Below, one piece after another: positions 1 through 12,545 of a DNA stretch of 64,000 bases. The position numbers were made by a program, and so were the translations under genes. The first letter of the stretch is position 1. Every line of letters begins with the position of its first letter. The notes beneath the pieces were generated by a model, which searched no databases, was not told the origin of the DNA, and was given only the letters and a program-made list of their open reading frames with translations. The DNA comes from Anthoceros angustus (Eukaryota > Plantae > Anthocerotophyta), in NCBI GenBank assembly GCA_010909165.1, contig MU008173.1, positions 310,001 to 374,000 of the forward strand, in the 5' to 3' direction.

Positions 1-560
1 GGGAATGTTCGTTGCTGGATACACTTACTGAGGTGATGTAGGGCCCGACCCCTCGGGATTTGTCCCCTACCTGACCTCCTTGCCTGTCATGAGGGTAGTG
101 CAGCGATGGCGTGAGTCGAATTGACTCACCCTCAAAAAAGGGAAGGAAGGAAGGATCTGTACCCGGTGGCGCGGAAGGAAATTCGCCTCCTGGTCGTAAA
201 TCTGCAGAACTACGTAGCAAAGCCTAACTTGGATTCTCTGAAATTTTTGTAATTCTTTACCACCCTAAATTATTCCTTGTTTTGCTGAATCAAAATGAAC
301 CATCGCGACGCCTGGCTGGCCGGCCGTCTTTCACTGAGTGCTCTCTGTGCTACCACGGCCTGATCGGGGCCTTCTCCTCAAGAGCTGATTTGCTGGTGGA
401 GACAGCAAAGATGTGGGCCGTCCAAGTCCCGGACCCTGAATCAGGTTTCATCCATCTCTGCCCGTTGATTGGCAAAGTGCGTTCGCGGTGTAGAAAATTC
501 TCGTGCACCTCATGACATGATACCTGTCCTTGTCCAGACGCGCTTCTCTGAGCCGCAAAA

Positions 561-1655
561 ATGTCTGTCACGACTCTTGGCACAGGCGAGTTCGAAAAGA
601 AGATCCTGAGAAAGAAGGTGGTGGTGGTCGGAGCCGGGCTTGCCGGCGCGCTTGTGGCCAAGAAGTTGGAGAATCATGCCGAGGTATTCCTCGTAGATGC
701 TAAGGACTTCTTCGAGGTCCCCACGGCAGCAAGACGGTGCATAGCGGAGCCGGCATTGGCCGCTAGAGCATGCTTCCTCCACTCCGACTATCTGGAGAAG
801 CCAACCCTAGTAACAAACAGCGCCCGCAACGCCACCCGCACCGCCGTCACCACAGACCACGGCGAGCACATCGAGTTCGACTTCCTCGTCATCGCCACAG
901 ACAACACCTACAAGAACGCGCTTACCAGGGAGGGCCGCCTCGAGGAGTTCCAGAAGGAGAACAAGAAGCTTGAGGCAGCCAAGCATGTGCTCATCGTGGG
1001 AGGGGGACCTTCGGGGGTTGAGCTGGCAGCGGAGGTGGCGACCAATTTCCCGGACGCCAAGCTCACGCTGGTGCACGCCGGGAGCAGGCTGCTGGAGCAC
1101 ATCCATCCCTCCGCGTCCAAGAAAGCCCTAGCGTGGCTGCAGGCCCGGGGAGTGGAGGTGATCTTGGAGGACAAGGTGGAGAACCTCAAGGCCCCGCCCT
1201 ACGCCACGGCCAAGGGCACCAAGATCCCGGCCGACGTGCACTTCCTGTGCTGCGGCAAGGCCGTGGGAAGCCCCTGGCTCCGGGAATCCGACTTCAAGGA
1301 CGCCCTGGACGAGCAGGGCCGGCTCAAGGTGGACGACACGCTGCGGGTGCCTGGCTTCCACAACGTGTTCGCGGTCGGGGATCTCACGGCCATCAAGGAG
1401 ATGAAAAAGGGGCACTACGCGGAGGCGCACGCCAATGTGTGCATCCAGAACATCAAGAAGCTCATCAAGGATCCCAAGTGCAAGCAGCTCAAGAAGTACA
1501 GGACGTCCAGATGCCTGGTGGCCGTGGTTCCGCTGGGCCGCCACAGCGCCATCTACCAGAGCCCGTGCTGCCTGTGCAGCGGCCGCGTAGCTGCCATCTG
1601 CCAGTGCAGCGATCTCGGCGTCTCCCGCACCAGGCGCCTGTTCGGGCTCAAGTAA
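561..1655 (+). CDS. AIFM2: AIFM2/FSP1-like (apoptosis-inducing factor homologue) FAD/NAD(P)H oxidoreductase, single exon, 364 aa
   Basis: Two Rossmann motifs (VVVVGAGLAG, VLIVGGGPSGVELAAE), VFAVGD FAD motif, uninterrupted GC-rich ORF. Confidence 0.88.
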   Translation: MSVTTLGTGEFEKKILRKKVVVVGAGLAGALVAKKLENHAEVFLVDAKDFFEVPTAARRCIAEPALAARACFLHSDYLEKPTLVTNSARNATRTAVTTDHGEHIEFDFLVIATDNTYKNALTREGRLEEFQKENKKLEAAKHVLIVGGGPSGVELAAEVATNFPDAKLTLVHAGSRLLEHIHPSASKKALAWLQARGVEVILEDKVENLKAPPYATAKGTKIPADVHFLCCGKAVGSPWLRESDFKDALDEQGRLKVDDTLRVPGFHNVFAVGDLTAIKEMKKGHYAEAHANVCIQNIKKLIKDPKCKQLKKYRTSRCLVAVVPLGRHSAIYQSPCCLCSGRVAAICQCSDLGVSRTRRLFGLK

Positions 1656-2000
1656 GATCAGAATGATCGAGCCCCGCGCTTGCCTACGCATGCACTTGCT
1701 GATGCAATTCCGCATGCGATCCACTTCATGCCGCAAACCGTTTGCCTTTCTACGCCAGCATCTCCAAGTAACGAAATACCTGCGAACCCTAAACGCCTTG
1801 AGAGTGAAATCCCGACCGTGTGTTGAAAAACAGATGAAGTTGTGAAAGGAAGAGATTGGTCCACAACATGTGTGATCCACTTGTGATGAGGAAATTAAAT
1901 ATCCCTTCTTGGCTAGAGGTTCTGGGATTTTGTTTATACATCCTTATGGTGATCTCCATGTACTGTACATATTTACATATCTATCTTTATTTATATTTTG

Positions 2001-3785
2001 TTGTGAAGTAAAAATATTTATTTTCAAAATATTTTTGATAAATTGAGTTCACATAGAACTGGTTATTATAAAGTCTAATCAATCTATTAATATTATTAAT
2101 TTATTGGCAAACCAGTTAATCAACCAGCTGACTTTCAAGAATTGTTGAATCGTTTGATGGATTGAGTGGACAAAAAACTGATTATTACAAAATTTTATAA
2201 ATTTATAGTTTTATTAAATTATTGAAGAACTAGCTAGTTAATTACTCAAGTTAAGTCAAGTTTTTATACTCAACTTTTCATGACCGATGAACTCACTCTG
2301 GAGTCCCACACTTAGGAAAGGCCGAGACGCGTGTTGGCGGTGATGAAGCTCATAGCTTTTGAAGACAATGAAGTTTGAGCTTTTGAAGATGATGAAGCTC
2401 AAAGCAGATAGGGAAAGGCTCGAGACGTGTTGGTAGCTGATGAAGCTCATAGCTTTTGAAGATGATGAAGCTCAAAGCTTTTGAAGATGATGAAGCTCAG
2501 AGTAGATAGGGAAAGGCTCGAGATGTGTTGGCAGCTGATGAAGCTCATAACTTTTGAAGATGATGAAGCTCAGAGCAGATAGGGAAAGGCTCGAGACGTG
2601 TTGGCAGCTGATGAAGCTCATAGCTTTTGAAAATGATGAAGCGCAGAGCAGATAGGGAGAGCTCGAGGCTTGAGAGGTGTTGGTAGCTAATGAGTCTAAG
2701 GTATCGAGCTTTAAAGAGTGCAATGTTCATAGTGTTCAGGCTCCAAATTAAATTTTAAACGTCACAACTAGATATACAGATCGACCACCTCAATTATGTA
2801 TACAGATTTCCCGCCTCAATTACAGTTTAATATAAGGTGATGAGTTAGTTAGAGAATGAGAAGTCTCAATCTCTGAGCAAGCAATGGCGACAAGTCAGTT
2901 GTGAAGTAAAATATTATTTTCAAAATATTTTTGATAAATTGAGTTCACATAGAACTGGTTATTATAAAGTCTAATCAATCTATTAATATTATTAATTTAT
3001 TGGCAAACCAGTTAATCAACCAGCTGACTTTCAAGAATTGTTGAATCGTTTGATGGATTGAGTGGACAAAAAACTGATTATTACAAAATTTTATAAATTT
3101 ATAGTTTTATTAAATTATTGAAGAACTAGCTAGTTAATTACTCAAGTTAAGTCAAGTTTTATTTATATACCGAACTTTTCGCACTGATGAACTCACTCTA
3201 GGGAGTCCGGCACACTTAGGAAAGGCTGGAGACGTGTTGGCAGCTGATGAAGCTCATAGCTTTTGAAGACAATGAAGTTCAGAGCTTTTGAAGATGATGA
3301 AGCTCAAAGCAGATAGGGAAAGGCTCGAGACGTGTTGGTAGCTGATGAAGCTCATAGCTTTTGAAGATGATGAAGCTCAAAGCTTTTGAAGATGATGAAG
3401 CTCAGAGTAGATAGGGAAAGGCTCGAGATGTGTTGGCAGCTGATGAAGCTCATAACTTTTGAAGATGATGAAGCTCGAGGCGGATAGGAAAGGCTCGGGG
3501 CGTGTTGGCGGTGAAGCTCATAGCTTTTGAAAATGATGAAGCTCGAGTAGATAGGAAGGCTCGAGGCTTGAGAGGTGTTGGTAGCTAATGAGTCTAAGGT
3601 ATCGAGCTTTAAAGAGTGCAATGTTCATAGTGTTCAGGCTCCAAATTAAATTTTAAACGTCACAACTAGATATACAGATCGACCACCTCAATTATGTATA
3701 CAGATTTCCCGCCTCAATTACAGTTTAATATAAGGTGATGAGTTAGTTAGAGAATGAGAAGTCTCAATCTCTGAGCAAGCAATGG
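2001..3785. repeat. Tandem direct duplication, ~890 bp units (2001-2887, 2899-3785), each containing a degenerate GATGATGAAGCTC minisatellite
   Basis: Both units begin TTGTGAAGTAAAA and end CTCTGAGCAAGCAATGG; they differ by small indels. Confidence 0.92.
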
Positions 3786-4562
3786 TTGGCCAGAAGAACG
3801 GGCGCTCACATCGAAAGTTCCCTTGTCGTTGTCTACTTCTATGTCCGACTAGGGCAAAGGTGGTGGCAGCCAAGGCGAAGATGGCGGCCATGCGATGTGC
3901 CACAGCACTCTACGCCTTGTGGCCGGCGATAGGTCTCGATGGGCATTCTTTGTGCAGGCGGTGGCGAAATTGTGATCGAGAGGGATTCGGGCGTTGGAGT
4001 TCAAGTCAATGGTGTTGAAGAAGATCATCACCTTGGCCGGCAGGGATAAGGTGAGTGAGGCATTGCCGGAGTATCATGTTATGTTTGGAACGGATGGACT
4101 CACTAAGTACGGTGGGAAATGCAGAGCATTGTGAGGTAGGTGGGAGTTGCTGCTACACAATCTGCTCCACAGGTTCTTCCATGGAAGCTCAGAGCCACAT
4201 CATAGAGCCTGCGTTCAGTGGCGGTAAGTGCATGTTGCGACTTGTGGGGCGTCTGGCTAGATTGGGGCATTGAGGCGTTGGGGTTGAGTGATGTTGACAT
4301 GCATGGACATGGTTGCGTGTTGCATGGGCCGGCGCAAGCTTAGCATTTTCGAGGTTCAGTGGCCGACTCCAAGTCGAATATTGTTGTCAAGGAAGGGTGG
4401 GGGAGCGGGGTTGCATTTTTAGTCTGACGGCGTTACTGGAGGTCGATTGTGATGTAGACTAGCTTGGGTGCTCGTCGGGCTTAGGAAGCTCTCCATGTGA
4501 TCATTCGCTTCCATCTCACGATCAGCAAAAGCTGATCGTGTGATGGAAGTGAATAATTGTTG

Positions 4563-4870
4563 TTTGAAGGCTATTGAAGTGGAAGGGGAAGCGAAAGCTC
4601 GTTCCAAGATCGTAGAAGATCGTGTGAAGGCTATGGAAGTGGAAGCGGGAGCGGAAGCTCGTTCCAAAGCCTGGAAGATTGTGTGAAGACTATGGAAGCA
4701 TTTGTAATGGTAGCGGAATATCGATCGCGCTTGAGGATAATGTGAAGACTATGGAAGGGTTTGCAACGGTAGCGGAAGATCCTTCGCGTTTGAAGACTCT
4801 AGAAGATAATGTGAAGACTATGGTAGCGTTTGTAATGGTAGTCGGAGATCGTTTTAAGGCTCTGGAAATG
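4563..4870 (+). repeat. Degenerate ~60 bp tandem repeat, about 5 copies
   Basis: Recurrent TGAAG(G/A)CTATGG(A/T)AG...AGCGGA...GAT(A/T/C)(A/G)TG units. Confidence 0.7.
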
Positions 4871-4992
4871 TATGCAAAGAGCTGTCCATCATGTAAAACT
4901 CTTCGGATGATCTACCAGGTACTCTATTCATATAATTTAATATTATTTTGTTTTTAATATGAATATTAATACGTTTATCTTTTCTAGTGTGA

Positions 4993-5268
4993 CTGCCAAC
5001 TCAACCTTGCATAGCAGAAGAGGTGAGGTACATCTTGGGCTTATGTTCCGAGGAGATTGAAGTGGCGGAAGATTTGAAGAAGTATCTCATTGACATTGCC
5101 GAAGTGACTTCCATCTGGTTTGTGAGGAACTTGATCATGGCACTAGCATGCCGGCAGAAAGCGAAGCAGTTGGATATCGAAGATATCACCAAAGCTCTTC
5201 TCTTTTCGCTGAGATTGAAGACAGTTCAGCATGAGCCGTCAGAATCCATTGAGCGACCTACAATCTAA
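4993..5268 (+). pseudogene. Possible histone-fold-like ORF relic; frameshifted paralogue at ~17400-17600
   Basis: LPTQPCIAEEVRYILG...IEVAEDLKKYLIDIAEVTSIWFVRNLIMALACRQKAKQLDIEDITKAL follows the helix1-helix2-loop-helix3 pattern of histone folds; no ATG start in the ORF. Confidence 0.3.
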
Positions 5269-5620
5269 TGATCGACTGAAGGTTTACAATTGTGCACTTG
5301 TACCATTTTCAAGCTTTCTGAGGAACCTCAAGGCCCATGCACAATGTACCTTGAGCTGATGCGTGGATGGCTTTTCATTATCCGAGATTTTTGGTTCAGG
5401 TTCTTCAAGGTTGAGGGGAGGAAATGTTGTGTGATCTGGACTTCTTCTTGGATGACTCCCCACGGAGCGCGGAATAGCGTGGCCGTGGGAAGTGTTGTGA
5501 ATCCAACTTCCCGCTTATCGACTACAATCTTGTGCTTTACAAAGTGTCCAGGGCATAATTGGCCTGATCATTTTGGTTTTTCACTGGATGTGGGGCAATC
5601 TGTTAGAATAGCTTTGTGTC

Positions 5621-5704
5621 TTACAATTGGGGCTTGGATGAGGTAACATTACAATTGGGGCTTGGATGAGGTAACATTACAATTGGGGCTTGGATGAGGT
5701 AACA
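5621..5704 (+). repeat. 28 bp x3 perfect tandem repeat
   Basis: TTACAATTGGGGCTTGGATGAGGTAACA three times; a single near-copy occurs at ~18022 in the paralogous block. Confidence 0.9.
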
Positions 5705-6783
5705 TTCTGCTCTAGCCTTTGAATGAATCATACTGGTACTGCTGAACATATTAGAAACAATCCTAGGAATTTCGGGGGTGGCGAATTTCATCGAAAATGC
5801 TGGCTCGAAGATATCGAGGGTTTGATTGCCCCAAGGGATATGGCTCCACATCCAGAGGCCTTGGCGCTCGACATTATCGAGATCCAGGAAGCAGACGAGT
5901 CACCTTACCTTATTTCTCTAGACTACCGGTTGCATAGTGGAGAGCAAGACAGCAACAGGAAGTGATGACTGACTTAGAGCTCTCGCTGTATCATACCTCT
6001 CCACCATCGTCATCTTCAAAGCTTTGGAAGATGATGAATGTAGCTTATATCTGGTCCGTTTAATATTCTTTTAGTATCTTTTCAAGAATATGAATAATGA
6101 AATTAAATACAATCAAGGTTGAAATGTTTATAAAGAATTGGAGCTTTATATATTATATTATAGAAATCCAAAAAAAATATGGATATCTATTTTAGAGATT
6201 AATTTCGATAAATTGCATTCTTACATTTTTCACTAAGGAGTTCCTACAGGAAGCAAACTTTGACTTGAGGGAGGGACAAAGTGTAGAATGTGGATGTTTA
6301 GTGCCACCCAGGTTGTCACCTAAGTTGAGCTTTGTGGGGCAAAGTGTGGATGTATAGTGCCACCTAGGTTCTCGCCCTAGTTTTGACTTCGAGGGGGAGA
6401 CAAACTGTAGAATGTGGGTGTATAGTGCCTAACTTAAGCTTCATGGAACAAAGTATGTGCCTCCCAGAACATTCTCGCCTTATTTAACAGTTATCGCATA
6501 AGTTCACAATTATCTCCTAAGCTAAGCTTTGTTGCTTGGCTGTGTGAACTTTTCACTAAGAGTGCATAAGAATCTTGGATCACTTGTTATATTAGATATC
6601 ACTAAGCATTGTGATCTCTTTCATGGTGAGGGAGAATATAGTATGCTCTAGTGAATGTGATTCGCTGCGATTAATCGATATAAGGGCAAAATTTTATCGG
6701 TATGAGAGTAAAATATTACTGAAAGAAAAAATAAAATTCACTATATATGTCTAACATGGTGATCATTTAGTTCATTCAGCCGT

Positions 6784-7410
6784 ATGACAATGGCTTTAAA
6801 ACATTGGATAAGTGTTTTACTCGCACTCGTAGTATTATCTTCTTTTTCATCTATGATGAGCGAAGCAAAACGTACAGGAATTTTCGGAGCTTATAGTGGT
6901 GTGGTCGCCACAACTTATAATGTCACATATTATCCTACTTACGCGGACATAACTCCTAGTAAGACTTCCAAAACCTAAGTTTTCTCAATTGTGTTATGAA
7001 AGAAACATTCAAATGCATTGGAATATGTTTCTAGATTGAGGTGTATACATATGTATTGATTACACTTTGTTCTTGGTACAGGGTGTAGTCTTGCCTTTGA
7101 TGAGGAGTTAGACAAAGGCTTATGGATTATCCTTCGTACTAGCATCATTCAACAACAAAATGTTTCCTGTCATCAAGAATTGGATATTTGTGACCTTAGT
7201 TCTCTTGTTGATCCATCCATACAATACACTTCATCAAAAATATGTGACGGGAGAAATACGGAGAGACTAAAATTTTTGGGAGAAGTGACATGTGAGAAAA
7301 CTAATCCACTTGATTGTCCCGAGGCCATCATATCAAAACCAGCCTGGAAAAGACTCCTTGGCCCATTTGGAGTACAAAAATCCAAAGAGATTAGTATAGA
7401 TTTTGTATAA
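6784..7410 (+). CDS. Orphan secreted Cys-containing protein, 2 exons (6784-6958, 7082-7410), ~167 aa
   Basis: Hydrophobic signal peptide; CCTA|GTAAGA donor and TACAG acceptor join the two ORFs in frame (ITPR-CSLAFDEE...); conserved in the paralogue at 21766. Confidence 0.72.
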
Positions 7411-7519
7411 GCCAAAAATTAAAACAATCTAATTGTTGAATATTAAGGTTTTCTTGAAAGACCGATGTTTAAAATTTATGAAAAAAATCTAAATCTAAAT
7501 TAGTCTCATATTTATGAGA

Positions 7520-7755
7520 CTAATGAGCCAACTCTACATACCACACAAATCCTTGTTTTCCCATCTTGGAAATTACTCTCATTATAGGTTGACTCCTCGA
7601 CCAAAAGCTTTTACCAAATCCATGGTACAAACTCGGCTTCTATACCCTTGTGCTTTTTCTCCTCACTTGCATCTTAGGGCATGCTCTCACATCTAGGCAC
7701 CCGTGTAAATGATTGACATTAATACATACGCAGGCATCTTGTGTGTCTAGCTTAG
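7520..7755 (-). pseudogene. Relic of the 3' end (E domain) of the PPR gene; second copy at ~9398-9640
   Basis: Aligns to 22506-22740 (e.g. GTGCTTTTTCTCCTCACTTGCATCT, GTGTAAATG.TTGACAT.AATACATACGC). Confidence 0.75.
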
Positions 7756-8685
7756 CTTAAACCCTAAGCATAGAATTGCGAGCCTTGTGAGATTTGGACT
7801 AAAGAAAATCTTAGCCAGGGTATATAAAGAACAAGGGTAGCATGTGTGACGCCTACACAAAACACCATAATATTCATCAAGGCGGAATAATGTAAGCCTA
7901 TTATGAAAAATTGCCGCCGCTTGGTACTTTTCATCGATTACTAATTCACGACAAACACGGCTCTTGAAAGCACTGCGCTGCTAAGCAATTTTTTTTCAGG
8001 TTTCAATTTTCTCCAAGTTGTTTGAAATGAGGGTGCTAAGGTGCGAGGATCTTGCCAAGCGGCAATGCTCGATTATAAGTAGAGAAATCCAAAAAAAATA
8101 TGGATATCTATTTTAGAGATTAATTTCGATAAATTGCATTCTTACATTTTTCACTAAGGAGTTCCTACAGGAAGCAAACTTTGACTTGAGGGAGGGACAA
8201 AGTGTAGAATGTGGATGTTTAGTGCCACCCAAGTTGTCACCTAAGTTGAGCTTTGTGGGGCAAAGTGTGGATGTATAGTGCCACCTAGGTTCTCGCCCTA
8301 GTTTTGACTTGAGGGGAGACAAGCAGAATGTGTATAGTGCCTAACTTAAGCTTCATGGAACAAAGTATGTGCCTCCAACATTCTCGCCTTATTTATGATT
8401 ATCGCATAAGTTCACAATTATCTCCTAAGCTAAGCTTTGTTGCTTGGTGTGAACTTTTCACTAAGAGTGCATAAGAATCTTGGATCACTTGTTATATTAG
8501 ATATCACTAAGCATTGTGATCTCTTTCATGGTGAGGGAGAATATAGTATGCTCTAGTGAATGTGATTCACTGCGATTAATCGATATAAGGGCAAAATTTT
8601 ATCGGTATGAGAGTAAAATATTACTGAAAAGAAAAATAAAATTCACTATATATGTCTAACATGGTGATCATTTAGTTCATTCATT

Positions 8686-9288
8686 ATGACAATGGCTTTA
8701 AAACATTGGATAAGTGTTTTACTCGACTCGTAGTATTATCTTCTTTTCATCTATGAGCAAGCGACAGAATTTTTGAGCTTATAGTGGTGTGGTCGCCACA
8801 ACTTATAATGTCACATATTATCCTACTTACGGACATAACTCCTAGTAAGACTTCCAAAACCTAAGTTTTCTCAATTGTGTTATGAAAGAAACATTCAAAT
8901 GCATTGGAATATGTTTCTAGATTGAGGTGTATACATATGTATTGATTACACTTTGTTCTTGGTAGTGTGTAGTCTTGCCTTTGATGAGGAGTTAGACAAA
9001 GGCTTATGGATTATCCTTCAGACTAGCATCATTCAACAACAAAATGTTTCTGTCATCAAGAATTGGATATTTGTGACCTTAGTTCTCTTGTTGATCCATC
9101 CATACAATACACTTCATCAAAAATATGTGACGGGAGAAATACGGAGACTAAAATTTTGGGAGAAGTGACATGTGAGAAAACTAATCCACTTGATTGTCCC
9201 GAGGCCATCATATCAAAACCAGCTGAAAAGACTCCTTGGCCCATTTGGAGTACAAAAATCCAAAGAGATTAGTATAGATTTTGTATAA
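8686..9288 (+). pseudogene. Frameshifted duplicate of the 6784-7410 secreted-protein gene (may be an assembly artefact)
   Basis: Near-identical to 6784-7410 with several small deletions. Confidence 0.7.
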
Positions 9289-11429
9289 GCCAAAAATTAA
9301 AACAATCTAATTGTTGAATATTAAGGTTTTCTTGAAAGACCGATGTTTAAAATTTATGAAAAAAATCTAAATCTAAATTAGTCTCATATTTATGAGACTA
9401 ATGAGCCAACTCTACATACCACACAAATCCTTGTTTTCCCATCTTGGAAATTACTCTCATTATAGGTTGACTCCTCGACCAAAAGCTTTGTACCACCAGT
9501 CCATTGGTACAAACCTGTCCGCTTCTATACCCTTGTGCTTTTTCTCCTCACTTGCATCTTCAGGGCATGCTCTCACATCTAGGCACCCGTGTAAATGATT
9601 GACATTAATACATACGCTGAGGCATCTTGTGTGTCTAGCTTAGCTTAAACCCTAAGCATAGAATTGCGGAGCCTTGTGAGATTTGGAAGACGCAAAGAAA
9701 ATCTTAGCCAGGGTATATAAAGAACAAGGGTAGCATGTGCGCCAGCACTTTCACACAAAAACACCATAATATTCATACCGGCGGAATAATGTAAGCCTAT
9801 TATGAAAAAATTGCCGCCGCTTGGTACTTTTCATACAGTTACTAATTCACGACAAACACGGCTCTTCGAAAGCACCTGCGCCTGTGCTAAGCAATTTTTC
9901 AGATTGGGATTTCAATTTTCTCTCCAAGTTGTTTGAAATGAGGGTGCTAAGGTGCAGGGATGCTGCCTGCCAAGCGGCAATGCTCAGTTATAAGTAGAGT
10001 ACGTCCATTCAGATATATTCAAAATAGGCCTCATGGCCAGACACATAACAACTTAGTACTGGAAGATCCGAGATGACAGCAACTCCAAAGACAGCGCCCC
10101 CTACGACATACACTGCGTAGTAACACGAAAATGTTTTGGCCACCTAAGGAAGTTCAGGGTCCGAAGATTCAACTGCACACAAACCGGCTACACTATCGGG
10201 AACTGAGGTCACGTTTCTAAAGGCGTTCTTTATACGCCTCTCCCAAAGTGTCAACATCCATCGCCGCCTGGGCGTCATCATCTTCCTTCCGTCAACCCAG
10301 GTTGAGTGCCATATAGCGTCCGATGTCTGTTGCCCCTCATCGAGAGGTCACGCTCTAAGACGTTCTTTGTCTGCCTCTCCCAAAGTGTCAACATCCATCA
10401 TCGCCTGGGCGTCATCATCTTCCTTCCCGTCAACTTCAGAGGTTGAGTGCCATATAGCGTCCAGTGTCTGTTGCCCCTCATCGAGAGGGTCACCAGTCCT
10501 TTCTTTCATTCTCTTCGACCCTAGGGGTACAATTTGAGCCTTCCCAAAATCCTTCTCGCTCACGCAAACCTCCTTGAACACGATAATTTTTGAAGGGGGG
10601 GATATACTGACCCCCTTCGGTCATCACAGCACCCCCTTGTCACGAAGAACACCTTACCTAGAACAGCATATGTGCCCTACTTTGATAATGCACACACCCT
10701 TTCCGAGGTCATACCGGTGATAAAGGCGCACTTTCAAGTGAACACCCTAGAATGGAGCCGGTGGGGTGTGGGCCCGTCTGCTTTGTAGAATGTTTAGAGG
10801 GCTGCCATTTTTATATGTTTATTACAAAGAAACTTTTACTTTGAAGTGGTGGAACACAATGAAAACAATCGCATTAGAGGGAGTCTCATTTTAATCGTCG
10901 TAAGAACATTGCAACAAACATACGCTAAAGGAGGGAGTGGTCATCGGCATCGACAATAGTCATTGAAGAGTGCGGCTGGCGACTCATCCATGCCTTGCAT
11001 CGACACCGAGTCAAGAACCACCGCCATATTAGGATGCGGTCCATATCGTCGCCTCAAAGTTATCGTTCTCCTCCATTGCTTGCTCGTCTTCAATAGTATC
11101 ATTCACTGGGCCCACCATCGGCGGTGTGGGCCCACACATCTAGGGTTTCTTGACCTCATCCAAAAGGTCGCCGATCGTAGTCTTCAACCTTCGGCACTCA
11201 ATGCAACCACTTGGGCTTTAAGGCAATGCCAGCGTCCTTAAAATGAACAAAGTTAGTTGCCCATGCGCCCATGCAAGCATCCTTAAAATCAACAAAGTTG
11301 AGTTATTAAAAAGATATGGGTTTTGAACCCAAAACCTACTCATTACTAAACCTTTTTCCCAAACACTAGACCAACAATCCCAAGTTACAAACTTCTTGAG
11401 CCACTACATATTAATTTTCTTAAAGGCGA

Positions 11430-12545
11430 CCTATGAGGAGGCGCCGCCGGCGCCCATGGGTAGGGTGCTAGGGAGGCGGCGCCCATGGGTAGGGTAGGTG
11501 TTAGGGGAGGCGGCGCCCATGGGCGGTGTGGGCGCCGCCGGCGCCCATGGGCAAGGGCGTGGTGGTGTTAGGGGAGGGCCGCCCATGGGTGGTGCGTGGA
11601 GGCGCGGCCGGCGGCGCCGGCGGCGCCCATGGGTGGTGTGTTAGGGGAGGGCCGGCCGGCGCCCATGGGCAAGGCATGGCGTGTTGGTGGGGCGGCGGCC
11701 GGCGGCGCCGGCCGGCCGGCGGCGGCGCCCATGGGCGGTGTGCTAGGGGCGCCGGCGGCGCCCATGGGCGGTGGTGTTAGGGGCGCCGGCCGGCGGCGCC
11801 CATGGGCGTGGGGAGGCGGCCGGCGGCCTCCAGCAGCGTGTTGGGGGGCGCGGCCCGGCATGACCGCATCTGGGGAGGCGGCGGCGGCGCCGGCGCCTCG
11901 CACCGCCCGTAGGCCCACGATGGGTGGCGTGTGGAGGGCGCCGGCGGCGGCGCCCCTCTGGGCTCACCTGGGGTGGGCAAGCGGGTGGTGCGCGTGGAGG
12001 GCGCGGCCGGCGGCGCCCCTCCTCATGCACCACCCGTCGGTGGGCCTACGTATGGGTGGTGCGTGGAGGGCGCCGGCCGGCGCCTCCGTCGCGCTCCACC
12101 CGCCGGCGCCCATGGGTGGTGGTGCGGGGCGGCCGGCCGGCGGCGCCATCCTCCCGCGCGCACCACTGTAAACCCCGACGGGTGGTGCGCGCGGCCGGCG
12201 GCGCCGGCCGCCGGCGCCTCCACGCACCACCCGCCGGTGGCCTACGGGTGGTGCGTGGAGGGCGCGCCGGCCGGCGCCTGTCGCGCTCCACCCATCGGGC
12301 ATACGGGCCGGTGGTGCGGGGAGGCGGCGCCGCCGCCGGCGCCATCCCTCCGCGCACCACCAGAACCCCGACGGGTGGAGGGCGCCGGCCGGCGCCTCCA
12401 CGCTGCCGTGAGCACGGCTGGTGGTGCGCGCGCCGCCGCGCCCCGCACCACCGCCTTATGCCCGACGGGTGGAGGCGAGCGCCGGCCGCCCCTCCGCGTG
12501 CCATTGTGGCCTCCTTCCACGCACCCACGTGGCACTTCCATCGAA
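11430..12545. repeat. GC-rich degenerate minisatellite built from GGCGCCCATGGG / GCCGGCGGCGCC units
   Basis: Many recurrences of GCGCCCATGGG, GGCGCC and GCCGGC; very high GC. Confidence 0.85.

Larger units (their letters stand above)
6163..9999. repeat. Tandem direct duplication of ~1.9 kb (6163-8084, 8085-9999)
   Basis: Both start GAAATCCAAAAAAAATATGGATATC and end ...GCGGCAATGCTC..TTATAAGTAGAG; many small indels. Confidence 0.92.

Noticed and set aside
10590-10610. Polypurine tract plus LTR start (TTGAAGGGGGGGATATACTGA)
   Set aside because: No matching second LTR or pol remnant found; left unassigned
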